NCBI GenBank assembly: GCA_043228905.1
Contig: JBHGNT010000020.1
Location: 6,820,001 to 6,884,000, forward strand
Origin: Azolla caroliniana
Taxonomy: Eukaryota; Plantae; Polypodiophyta
Length of the DNA stretch: 64,000 nt
Direction: 5' to 3'
The notes under the pieces were generated by a model, which searched no databases, had not been told where the DNA came from, and saw only the letters and a program-made list of their open reading frames with translations. This document shows, one piece after another, positions 12,580-23,356 of this stretch; position 1 is the stretch's first letter, and every line of letters starts with the position of its first letter. The position numbers and the translations under genes are program-made.

Positions 12580-14240
12580 ACAAGGAAAAATGGAGGAGCA
12601 AATTAGGCTTATGTGTACGATGATGGAACTAATGATGCGGGAGCAAGAGATGATGGCAAGCATCGACAAAGGTGTTGACAATATTCTTGCATGAGTAGGA
12701 ATCTTAGAAGGTATGAATTTGAGAAGGTTTCTAAAGATTTACAATGAGGAGACGCTTAAACGTGGTGTCAATGACGCTGTAAAAATTAATAGCTTTAGTC
12801 GAGTCACTGCGATTGGGCTACAAGAAAGGATCCATGAGCTACAAAGGGAGCATCAGACATGGGCGACTTTCGAAAGAGCATTATTGAATGAATACCACCT
12901 CAATGATATGTCAAGGGTGACAAGGAGAGCTTTCATGGATTGGGTAGAGTCTGATAAACATTTAAGTGTTTTGGAAGTGTTAAAAGAGTTTTCAGAAAGA
13001 TTTGAGCAATTAAATGTTAGGGATAGAAATATAATAATGCCAGTAAAATAATATTGTTTCTACAAGCCACTAATATGAAAGACAGGAAAGACTTGGGAAT
13101 GCTTCTGGAAGATTAGAATAGTCCAAAGGACTTACTGGTAAAAAGGGCTTATGAACATTTTTGTAAAAGAAAGTTATGGTTTATGGAGCTGCCAGAGAGA
13201 AAGGGAGAAGAAACGAGGAATGACTTGGGAGAAAAGAAAGTAGAAGAGTCACTCTTGCAAGAATTGGTGAAAGGCATAAAAGACTTGTCAATCAAAGTGA
13301 CAAAGCTGGAATATGGACAAAGCTCAACCTCGCAAAAGGAAGGAGGTAGATGGTCCAAAGGTGTATGTGGTGTGATAGTATCAACCATTAGAAGAAAGAA
13401 TGTCAAGAACATAGGGATGCTCTTAATTGTGATAAAATCTATTATCAAGATGGTAAGGTTCACTCGACCAAGACTCAAAAACCATTCCAACTCAACTTCG
13501 GGCAAGGTGGAATGAAAAAACTAATGAAAGATGTTAAGGTAAAAACAATTCAAGTGATACGATCCGTGGCAACCTTAGGTTTGCGCGTGGAAGACTCATA
13601 TGGTGGATCTAGCTTTTGACATGATGTGATGGAGTATACAAGAAAAGGGAAGGTTCGAGTGGATGAAATAAAAAGAGCGGGTGATGAAATACGAAACTTC
13701 ACTGGATGGAATGATCCGGTAGACGCACAATCAGCATTCAGCCAAGTGAATGCACAAGATGTACTAGTGGAAGAGAAGCAGAAGAGGGATGAGGAGGCTG
13801 ATCTAGCTAAAAGCTATGAGACACAAGAACAAGAGAGAAGAGAGATGGAAAAGGATGCTCCTAAGTCGAAAGAAGCTAATAAAGTAAAAGGGAAGATAAA
13901 CCCAACTTTCAAGCTGTCTTCGGACACAGAAGTAGTGACAGATATAAAACATTTGATGGAAGAAGTTACGGGAGGGTGTGCAACAACACTCCAAGATTTG
14001 GATCATGACACCATTAATGTTGCAAGATTAAAGACGATAAATGATGTTGGGATTCATGAAGGGGATAGAAGTCATTATACAAGGGATGATTGGGGTTGGG
14101 CAACAACGAAGGCACCTACGAAAATTGGAGAGCAAAAAATTCCATGTATTGCTTTGATCGATCATGGATTAGAGATTAACATGATGTCATTGGAATTTTA
14201 TGCTCAAGGATGGTGGTCGATCGAAAGGAATCATGGGTGG
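12580..14240 (+). pseudogene. gag: Gypsy gag-protease remnant (continues at 28224-28930)
   Basis: ORF pieces 12713-13051, 13183-13515 and 13626-14240; protease-like ALIDHGLEIN. Confidence 0.7.
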
Positions 14241-14619
14241 TGTAAAGAATCAGATATGATTCTTGGGTAGCGGAAGAGATGTGTGTTATGTGTATGTGTG
14301 AGAGGAATTAGAGAAGAGAATAGAAAGACAAGATAGATAAGCTAGAGAAATGAAAATACTCAAGAAGAAGATGTATATTCACAAGTAGAATGAGAAATGA
14401 AAATGTAGCATAACAAGGAGTCACAACCGACTTAGTATGAAGTATGAGGGTGCTTTATATAGAGTCACCCTCTCTCTTCATTAACTTTACAACAAACACA
14501 CACTCTCTCTCTCTTGGGGAATGTGAAGACTCATAGTCATGGGGAATATGTAGTTTCTCATTAGTTATGTGCCATAGAATATGATTCTATGACACATAGT
14601 TAATGTGTAGAGAGTAGTG

Positions 14620-14655
14620 AACACGTTCGCGTTCACAAGTGGAAGGATCGCGCAT
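14620..14655 (+). repeat. Left TIR, copy 1
   Basis: AACACGTTCGCGTTCACAAGTGGAAGGATCGCGCAT. Confidence 0.92.
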
Positions 14656-14977
14656 AAATGGAAGGATAAGGGAAATTTTAGGGGTTTTTCAATGATTTTA
14701 CAAAACACATTGATACCAGTATCATACAAGTTCAAACATACTATGAAAAAGGTTAAAAATCCACTATTTTCGTGATTTAGAAGTAACTAAAAAAAGACGA
14801 ATTTCAAAAACATACATTCTCAATTTATATCACAAACTTTACAACCAATGTTATTTTATAAGAAACGATTTTTTAGAAATCATAAGAATTCAAAACACAT
14901 GATTTTATATTACTCGATTTGTTACAAGCGGAATGTAGTTACACTTAATAGCCAAATATACATTCATGATCACTCCT

Positions 14978-17758
14978 TTACGGAGAATCACTACTATAAC
15001 TAATATACAATGACGATTCCTCCTCCTCATCCTCGGATGTACCAATCAGTGCATTATCTTCGTCATAAACCAAATGGTTTGACTCTAGATTATATGTAGC
15101 AGATCTCGTTTGCCTTTGACTCGAGCCACCTTGTAGACCTGGTAATTTTTCTTTTATTATATCTATTGTTGACTTCCTTAATCGTCCGGCTTTTGTAAGT
15201 GTGAAGTCGTACACAATGATATCCACATCAGAGATATCAAGGGTCGAGGTGTTACGAATGTTTCGCTTCCTCTTCCTACCTCCCCTTCTTGTTTGGCATT
15301 CAATCATCTCCAATGTATACTTACCTGTAAAAGCATTTGCACTTCTAGTGTTGTACCAATGAACATTTATAGACTTGATCGTGTTTTCTATTTCATGCAT
15401 TAGCACTTCTAGAATTTTACCAACCCAAAATCGGTGGCCATGTGAGTTCTCATCAGCCGGCGTTGCAATCAACATCCCCGCGGTGAGCTCTTGCAAATTT
15501 CCTTGCCATCTAGCTTCGACTGCTTTGGTCATCCTTGGTCCCACATAAATGTCTCTTTGTTGTGGATGGACCAAGCTGTCATTAATCGCATTTACTAGTC
15601 GCTCCGGACTTCTATTTACGCGATCATGTTGCAGCGAGCATGTGAATGGCGTTTCCAAATTCCAATTATCAACAGATACACAATTGTCTATAATTTCTTT
15701 CTGATCACTATAAAATACATCCCACCATGACCTGTCTTGTTGTGCGGCATATTTCTTGGCGGCCTCAATATGCTTTCTTTTTTCTTCTAAGGCTTGGAGC
15801 CATGACCGTTTTTGTTCTGATACCAAGTCGCTCTGCAACTGTCCTTTCTTCTCAATTGGCATTTGCTTAGCTCCATGGACAATTGTACTCGGCATACAAA
15901 GTAATAACTGGCAACCACCTTCAGGTTCCCATGTTGTAGAAGATGAATATTGTTTAGCATACAAAAGTGTAGAACCACTTATTCCATTTTTCTTTATCAA
16001 AAAAATGTGATTGAAACTTATATTGTTTAACTGAGCAAGCACTTTAACATTCCCACCACCCCCATCTAATATATATCTCTTAAAGTCATATACCTCCTTC
16101 AAGTGTAACACTTTTGGGCGTGGTGTATAAGCATCACAAATGACATCAAATAGTTTAGGTAAAGTGAAAGCATCATGCCGAGACAACTGTCTGGAGAATG
16201 TGCTAAACATCTGATCTATATGGTCATGTGTGTGGCCAACCAAAAGGAAATTGACTTTCACTTTCCTAAACAATTCTCGGTTGACCAACATACTTAGATA
16301 GCCAAATACAGTTGAATTTTTGTTCTCTCTAGCAGTATTGTCCAATTGAATGTATAGAACAGGGGGGAAAGGTTGTCCCCAAGACATCAAAACTCGGTGA
16401 ATCGCTGTAACTGTTAGGTTAGGGTCATTGTGAACATTGGGGTAAGTAATGAAGACGTGAGGTGGAACAGACCTATTATAAGCCAAGCATCCCACCAAGT
16501 GCATTTGAACAAGGCACTCATCATTGACATCTTTGGGGAGTCTCCGCATATGCGGCAAGCATGTCTTCTTCTGGTCCATGCCATCTATCATTAAGCACAT
16601 GTATTGTTCGGGCCTCTTCAAACACTTCTCTCTATGATGCATCGCCTTCCTTCGTTCCAAGGATTGTGCCTCACGATGCTCTTGTAGTAACTTCTTACTC
16701 GTATCCTTTTCCATTGATGTCTTTGCACCTTTAGCCAAACTTTTAAGATTTGCACAAATGGAGCAATACCCCATACGTACTTTACGAGGAATAATAACAT
16801 TTGAAAACCGAGCTCTCCATAATCTTGTGAATTGGCTATAGGTGATAGACTTATTACGTGAGCCCAGCATATCAGATCGATAGACATCATAAACTTCCCG
16901 ACGGGTATAATTATCAGAAAGATGCATCCTACCTGTAGTGGGCATTACTTCACAATTTAACTGAAAGTAAGTTTTCATCCAGCCAATAGCTAGTCTTCCA
17001 ATTGCACCTTTCATACTTGGAACCTCTTTACAATTGAGCATCTGATCCCCGCTAAGTAGACGTTGTTGTACTCTATGTAGCCGCATGTTACTAACACATA
17101 ACGCAATTTTGAATGCAACTCTACATATCTGTTGCGCATGGAAGATATAATACTCGAATGATACTTTGATCCCCGTACATTTGTCAGATACTAGTTGCAT
17201 ATGTGACCCGAGGTAAGTGTCTTGCTCATCACCGGTCATCGAAAAATAGTATCGCCTTAATTCTCGCAACTTTGATTTTCCAATCATAGACATACAACCA
17301 CGGGCACAACATATTTTGTTGACATCAAATCCAATCTGTTTATCTGATGTCACCAAGCTAAATCTAGCCAGACGAATTCTTCGTGGGATTCTTCTAATAT
17401 GCATAGGGCTCCCAGATTTCTCTTCCTGCATAGAGGTTGGTGTAACCTTGTTACAGTCTAATTCTCTGTTGTGACCATCGCCAATGTTATTCAATGTTTC
17501 CTGGGCACTTCCTTCATTCTCGCTATCTTTATTAATATCATATTCTTCAATAGAGAACTCTTCACATGTGTCATTATTTACATTCCGTGTAGATGAGCTC
17601 AGACAATATTCTTCGATAGAATATGGTGAGTCGGTCGACAGACAATATTCTTCAATCGAATATGGTGACTCTGATGACAAACAATACTCTTCAGTAGAAA
17701 ACGATGGGTCTGATGACAAACAATATTCTTCAATCGAGAACGGTGAATCTTCACTCAT
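14978..17758 (-). CDS. Sola-like (DUF7869-type) DDD transposase, 926 aa, uninterrupted
   Basis: Motifs ICRVAF, CSIC, IDGMDQ, IQLDNTARENKN and FLLVGHTHDHIDQMFS; inside TIRs with a 4-bp TSD; stop 11 codons earlier than in copy 2 (TAA vs GAA). Confidence 0.85.
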   Translation of the reverse strand: MSEDSPFSIEEYCLSSDPSFSTEEYCLSSESPYSIEEYCLSTDSPYSIEEYCLSSSTRNVNNDTCEEFSIEEYDINKDSENEGSAQETLNNIGDGHNRELDCNKVTPTSMQEEKSGSPMHIRRIPRRIRLARFSLVTSDKQIGFDVNKICCARGCMSMIGKSKLRELRRYYFSMTGDEQDTYLGSHMQLVSDKCTGIKVSFEYYIFHAQQICRVAFKIALCVSNMRLHRVQQRLLSGDQMLNCKEVPSMKGAIGRLAIGWMKTYFQLNCEVMPTTGRMHLSDNYTRREVYDVYRSDMLGSRNKSITYSQFTRLWRARFSNVIIPRKVRMGYCSICANLKSLAKGAKTSMEKDTSKKLLQEHREAQSLERRKAMHHREKCLKRPEQYMCLMIDGMDQKKTCLPHMRRLPKDVNDECLVQMHLVGCLAYNRSVPPHVFITYPNVHNDPNLTVTAIHRVLMSWGQPFPPVLYIQLDNTARENKNSTVFGYLSMLVNRELFRKVKVNFLLVGHTHDHIDQMFSTFSRQLSRHDAFTLPKLFDVICDAYTPRPKVLHLKEVYDFKRYILDGGGGNVKVLAQLNNISFNHIFLIKKNGISGSTLLYAKQYSSSTTWEPEGGCQLLLCMPSTIVHGAKQMPIEKKGQLQSDLVSEQKRSWLQALEEKRKHIEAAKKYAAQQDRSWWDVFYSDQKEIIDNCVSVDNWNLETPFTCSLQHDRVNRSPERLVNAINDSLVHPQQRDIYVGPRMTKAVEARWQGNLQELTAGMLIATPADENSHGHRFWVGKILEVLMHEIENTIKSINVHWYNTRSANAFTGKYTLEMIECQTRRGGRKRKRNIRNTSTLDISDVDIIVYDFTLTKAGRLRKSTIDIIKEKLPGLQGGSSQRQTRSATYNLESNHLVYDEDNALIGTSEDEEEESSLYISYSSDSP

Positions 17759-18155
17759 GGCTTAAGGTCTAGATAGGGCTCTCTAAGTTATACTCCTCTC
17801 TAAACATATACTCCTCTTTAAACATAAATTTCTCTCTAAACAAAAGCCAAATCAATAGAATGTCTATATTATGTAATATTCTATTAATACAATACATCAA
17901 AAAATTATTTTTAATAAAGTAATTGTACTTAAATTATCAATTATTATATAAACTAGATCTATATGAAGTTAAATCAAGTAAAATATAAAACTAATCATTA
18001 ACAAGCCATGAATATGTTGGATTAATGTTAAAATCATTGGCTAATTAATGGCACCCATTTTGATATAGAACGTCTCACTCATTGGTTCCTTAATGCTCAC
18101 CATTTTATATATTAGACTTATCAATCATTGGTTAATTCATGCCCACATCTTTAAT

Positions 18156-18680
18156 GCCGTATCGAGTTCATGTATACAATACAAATATTTATACATGAAC
18201 TCGATACGCCGTATCGAGTTCATGTTTAAAGTGTAGGTTTTAAACATGAACTCGATACGGCGTATCGAGTTCGTGTTTAAAACCTACACTTTAAACACGA
18301 ACTCGATACGCCGTATCGAGTTCGTGTTTAAAGTTTGAATTTTAAATAGGAACTCGATACGCCGTATCGAGTTCCTATTTATAGTGTAGGTTTTAAACAC
18401 AAACTCGATACGGCGTATCGAGTTCGTGTTTAAAGTGTAGGTTTCAAACACGAACTCGATACGCCGTATCGAGTTCCTGTTTATAGTGTAGGTTTTAAAC
18501 ACGAACTCGATACGCCGTATCGAGTTCCTGTTTATAGTGTAGGTTTTAAACACGAACTCGATACGCCGTATCGAGTTCCTGTTTGAAACCTACACTTTAA
18601 ACACGAACTCGGTACGTCGTATCGAGTTTGTGTTTAAAGTGTAGGTTTTAAACAGGAACTCGATACGCCGTATCGAGTCC
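18156..18680. repeat. Array of 25-bp palindromes GAACTCGATACG-N-CGTATCGAGTTC, exact 51-bp period, 10 full copies plus one half
   Basis: Palindromes start at 18197, 18248, 18299, 18350, 18401, 18452, 18503, 18554, 18605 and 18656. Confidence 0.95.
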
Positions 18681-18683
18681 CTG

Positions 18684-18690
18684 TATATAA
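18684..18690 (+). promoter_or_regulatory. Candidate TATA box for the cargo gene
   Basis: TATATAA immediately after the last palindrome; TATATAAA in the same position in copy 2 (~36450). Confidence 0.35.
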
Positions 18691-19123
18691 GAAGGCTTTG
18701 AGAGAGAAAAATCGTGTTTTGGGGGTAACAAATAATTATGGGGTGGAAATGATATCAAATTGTCTGGCAAAATCAGTCTTTTTTATGTTGACTTTCCTTA
18801 CTTTTAAAGAAAAACATGCTCTAATTATAGGTGTTTTATGACCTACTTTAGCTTAAAATAGTAGAAAATGATCCACAAATTACCTTTACGATAGCAAATT
18901 CTCCTCAATATAGGTTTGGAATCTATATAAGTCATACCTACTATTTAAAAGAATATATAACCCATTTTACTTATTACGATATATATTTTCTAGGTTGAAT
19001 AGCCCTGCCTATAATAGATTTTTGAATATGTTACTACTCTTGGGAACTGTTCTTCATTATAATATACAACCTCAATCTACGTGACTACCTAACTTATGTT
19101 TTTGCATATACTTTCTTAAATAG

Positions 19124-22100
19124 GTCGTTTGAGAACCTGTCGGACAGACCCGTGAAGAAAATAAAGCTTCGCATACAAGGTTCTCCAATCGAAGCCCAGA
19201 CCAAGTTAGCTCCTGAGACCATGAAGAGAGGAAAAAAGCTTCTCTTTAACGAAGAGACAAAATCTCAGCCACATAGTGATGTTAGCCAAAAGAAACTTGT
19301 CGCCGCTACTGGAGGCGAAGACCTTCCTGACCGAGATCTAACGGACAAGGAATGGTGTATGCAATATGTCGACTCAAAGAAAAAAGTCGTATTGTATACA
19401 GCAAAGAAGAAGGGTGAGGGGCAACTTGGAAAGGAAACCCCATTTATGTATGGCCGTATTCTACGATTTGACTACGAAGATGCAGATTCGGCCAACATAC
19501 TGGTAATGATAGAGTGCTCCAAGGGGGTACGTAAAGTGTTCCTTTCAGAAGACCTTTTAGTAAAGGAATCTTGTGGGCCAGAAGTGTTCAAAAAAGCACT
19601 TGATAACTCACAAAACCTTATTGTTACCTTGAGGCCTTATATACAAGGCCATGTAACTCTAAGAGATGAAGTGCCCTCCACATTGAAGGCCACAAAAAAG
19701 GTATCCAAAGTCCAGTCAAGACCAGCAAAGAAGAAGACAACGAAAATGTCGGATACGGATTCAACAAGTGAAAATGAAGAGGAGGATAATAAGGGGACGC
19801 CAGGAGCCGAGCTGGCCTCGGGTGTTTTGTCATCCGAGCAGAATAAAATAAGGAGAGAGTTAATGCAACGGAAGCTGGTCAGGAAAGGGCAAGTATTTAA
19901 TTTGCCTATAACACACATCCATCGGCCCCCTATTGATGCAAAAACAGGTCGAAGACCACTTGAGATCAGAGAGCCTCACCGCATGCATGTTCAAAATCTC
20001 AAGAAAAAAATGTAAATTAATCCTCATGCCACTGTGGTGCCTTTTATTGTTATGGTAGATCCTGAAGAATGTGAAACCATTGAAGATTTTGATATTAGAA
20101 AGCATGATCAATATAATTATTTTGTCATTGGTGGATCGCATTCAGCAGAGGCACGTCGACAACTTGTGAGAGAACATCCAACCACTTTCTTCTTCAAGTA
20201 TGCCGAGTGCAAAATTTATGTTGGGCTCACAACCGAAGAGGCTAAGCTGTTGGCATGGGACCATAATAATGATAATGACTATAGGCAGAAAATGTCGTCT
20301 ATTGAGCGTATACGGTTCTTCCACCACGAGTATTTAGATGTGAAACAAAAGTTTGGTGTGAAGTTACATCCAGGCCTTCGACGTCAATGTCTGCATGAAG
20401 TTGGCATTGTGGTAGATGATAATGTTAGGTCCGATGGTCTTCGAAAGTATGAGTCTTGGTTTCAATTGGCGTTTAGAGATGGAGAAGTATGGGACCTACA
20501 AGATCAAATCTTCTCAATGTGGGAGAATAAGGAGGTAAAGGGTCAACGACAAAAGAAATGTAGGGAGAAATGTAGAGTTAAAGTCACAAGCTGCCAAGAA
20601 AATTGACTTGACAATTGAAGAAGCGGCAGATGACATGAAGTTGTCTCTATGGAGAGCGATGCAAGGTATTAAGGACGAGCAGCTTCTTGTGTCGGTTTTG
20701 TCAAGGGTTGTGGCGAAAGATTTAAGCCTTGAAGAAATGGTCACTGAGTTCAATAAGTAAGTCTTTCAAATACTAAAATTGTAGTCTATCTGGTGTAATT
20801 CAAAGTTCTAATCTTGATTTCTAATTTTACAGTCATAAGGTGTACATGAAGATCCAAGAAGTTATGATGAAACAACTTGGATGTATAACTTGGGAACAAG
20901 TGACCGAGGATTATCCTCTAACGTCTTCGTATAAGGCGTTATCAGAGTATTTTATTGCATTCAAGGATTGGGTTAGTATTCATGTTTTTTCATTACCCTT
21001 TCATCATATGTAGAGCTTGTATAATAATACCTGATGTCCAATTGCTTCTATTAGAAACCGTGTCGAGGCAAGAAACAAGGAGAAGTTAAGGATATACACG
21101 ATTTCCCCACATCCTTCCTTGCACATCTCGAGCGAGCCAGAAAAGAAAAGGATCGTCGCTTAGTCAAGGCGTACGAAATGGAGGAAGATGGCTCGTTTAA
21201 AAAATTTAGCCACAAAAAAGATATTACGAGAGATCTTTACTACAATGTGGTTTGCGGTGATGTCATCGACTTGATCTAGAAGGTGCCAAAGAAGGAATAT
21301 ACGCTAATGATTGCGGATATTCCTTACGGATTTCGAATGGCTGGGTCATCATACGACGATGAACCGTTTAGGTTTAAACAATTGGAGAAGATGGTCAAGG
21401 ATTTCGCTGAGCTAACGACCGCATCCTTGTGGCGAATAATTGTCTTTCATAGTATGGACCAATGGTACTCGGTAGCTCAAGCTTTGAGATCTCGTTGCCA
21501 TGGCATCGAGAACCTTGCATGGTAAGGATTATTTATAGGTGTCTTTCACTATATTGCAATTCTTAAGGTTGTTGAATCTATTCTTAACTCAATGAATTAT
21601 TTTTTATAGGCTCAAGACCAATGTAAATAGAGGGCCAACTTTTCGGTTCGTTAATGCCATTGAATACATAACGGTTGGCTACTTCGATGAAATTAAGAAA
21701 CAGAGAATCAAAGAGCATTCTAATGAAGTTGGAGGTTCAAATCTGTTGGTATATCCAGCAGTGACTCGGAAATTGCGACATGTCACCACGACAGAACGGG
21801 GACTTGTCAACCCATACCAAAAACCTCAACGACTTATGATGCGCTTGATCAAGATGTTTTCTGTCGAAGGAGACTGGATATTAGATCTTTTTTCTGGCAC
21901 AGGTATTCCTCGAACTAGGGTAACGATCTTGAGATAACCAATCACTTTTTTTTCGTTTGACAACTAAATCTTCTTGTTACTTACATCACAGGAACTACGT
22001 CAGCATGTGCATTGAAGCTGTTTAGAAATACAGTTGCATTGGAGAAGGACGAGGACCAAGTTATAATTATTAATATGCGGATTAAGGCTTTGTGGGAGTG

Positions 22101-22344
22101 CCCAGACCAGGATGAGGAGGTCGGTGCAAAGAACCTCGCCAATATAGAAAGGTTTCAACCTGCTTCGCGAGAGCCTATTCCTCCATTAGCCGGCGAACCG
22201 AGGGAGCTAATAGAGCTTGATGATGAGCTTATAGAAGATATTTCGTTGGCTCGGCTAACAGGGGAAACCAATGCACGTATAGCCGAAGACAGTTCTACAC
22301 AAGATGATGAAGAAAATGACGTTGATGAATTGATTGCTATGTAA
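19124..22344 (+). pseudogene. Spliced ParB/Srx-like plus beta-class N6A/N4C DNA methyltransferase gene (~930 aa when repaired)
   Basis: Exons ~19124 (ATG 19221)-20756, 20833-20971, 21055-21521, 21610-21902, 21992-22344 with GT-AG introns; ParB-like VPFIVMV..YFVIGGSHSAEA..LTTEEAKLLAWDHN; MTase CGDV..LMIADIPYG, LAWLK, NPYQKP, ILDLFSGTGTT; lesions TAA 20013, frameshift ~20565, TAG 21277. Confidence 0.88.
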
Positions 22345-22737
22345 TAGACTCTATAAAGAATATGACACTGACGATTTGTTAAGATTTCACATTATTAATA
22401 CCAATTTTGGGTTTTACCTAGTGAATTCTATTCTTTATAATCTTCTATATGTTTCAATTTTATTTTTATATACTTGATTAGTAGATTTATGACATTGGTT
22501 TCACCGCGTGCATAGCTGACTACCGAACTTATGGAGAAACATTGACTAGTTTAAATGGAGGCTGATTTTGGTCCAAGCTAACCTTAACAGAACATGGCCC
22601 TATAATTGTTGCCATGACTGTCCATGTTGTTATTATGGATCTTTGTCTTCTATTGTTAAAACTATTATGTTTCTATTCCATTGCTGCTTAGATTGTGTAG
22701 TGTGTTGATAATGGTTCCAGTTGCGTTATCGTTCGGA

Positions 22738-23015
22738 GTTTGATCTTGTGTGAATCACCTAAGCAATAGAGTAGATCAATTTTAAATACAGGTATGAAAG
22801 CCTAATAGGTTTGTTATTTCCACGACATTATCCTAAAGTTCACTGCCTTACATTGTGCACAATTATATACACATATGGTTTGATCCCATATGAACAAACT
22901 GAGGAATAGATTAGATCAACTTTAAATACAAGTATTGAATACTTTAATAAGTTAGTTATTCCAATCACTTATCCTAATGTGCACTATCCTACATTTTCCA
23001 CAATTACATACATGC
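22738..23015. repeat. Two diverged ~140-bp tandem units near the right end of the Sola-like element (also ~40596-40870)
   Basis: GTTTGATC...AATAGA.TAGATCAA.TTTAAATACA at 22738 and 22878. Confidence 0.7.
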
Positions 23016-23356
23016 ACGTATGGGTCAAAATATAAATTATATCTCATTTTATTAGTATGGATACAAGTACACCTCATATTTTTGTAAAACCTACCTAATT
23101 AATATAAGTCTTTAAGTTAGTGTTTCCCTTGTCGCACAATAGTGCCATATTGAGCCATAGTTGAACTTTATTATGCCTACATTAACTTATCAACATGTCT
23201 AAACTTGCATGATTTCTAATGATCTCCACTCGTAGATCTATCATGTATTTTTATATTTGCAAATTCTCATCAAGTTGAGGAACATGTGATACTAGTGCAT
23301 CCAATTTTTGTAGAGAGGGTGTATTTGCTTCGTTTTAAGAAGATTCTACAAGTGGA

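Noticed and set aside
14615-14619. 5-bp TSD TAGTG for Sola-like copy 1
   Set aside because: It would make the TIRs asymmetric, and copy 2 supports only a 4-bp TSD with AACAC...GTGTT termini.
18284-18553. 89-aa ORF with 17-aa repeats
   Set aside because: It is a by-product of translating the 51-bp DNA repeat.
18156-18680. CRISPR array
   Set aside because: Spacers are near-identical rather than unique, no cas genes are present, and the context is eukaryotic.
19124-22344. Bacterial contamination or prophage as the source of the ParB-MTase gene
   Set aside because: The gene has spliceosomal introns and lies inside a TIR element with TSDs nested in plant retrotransposons, twice.
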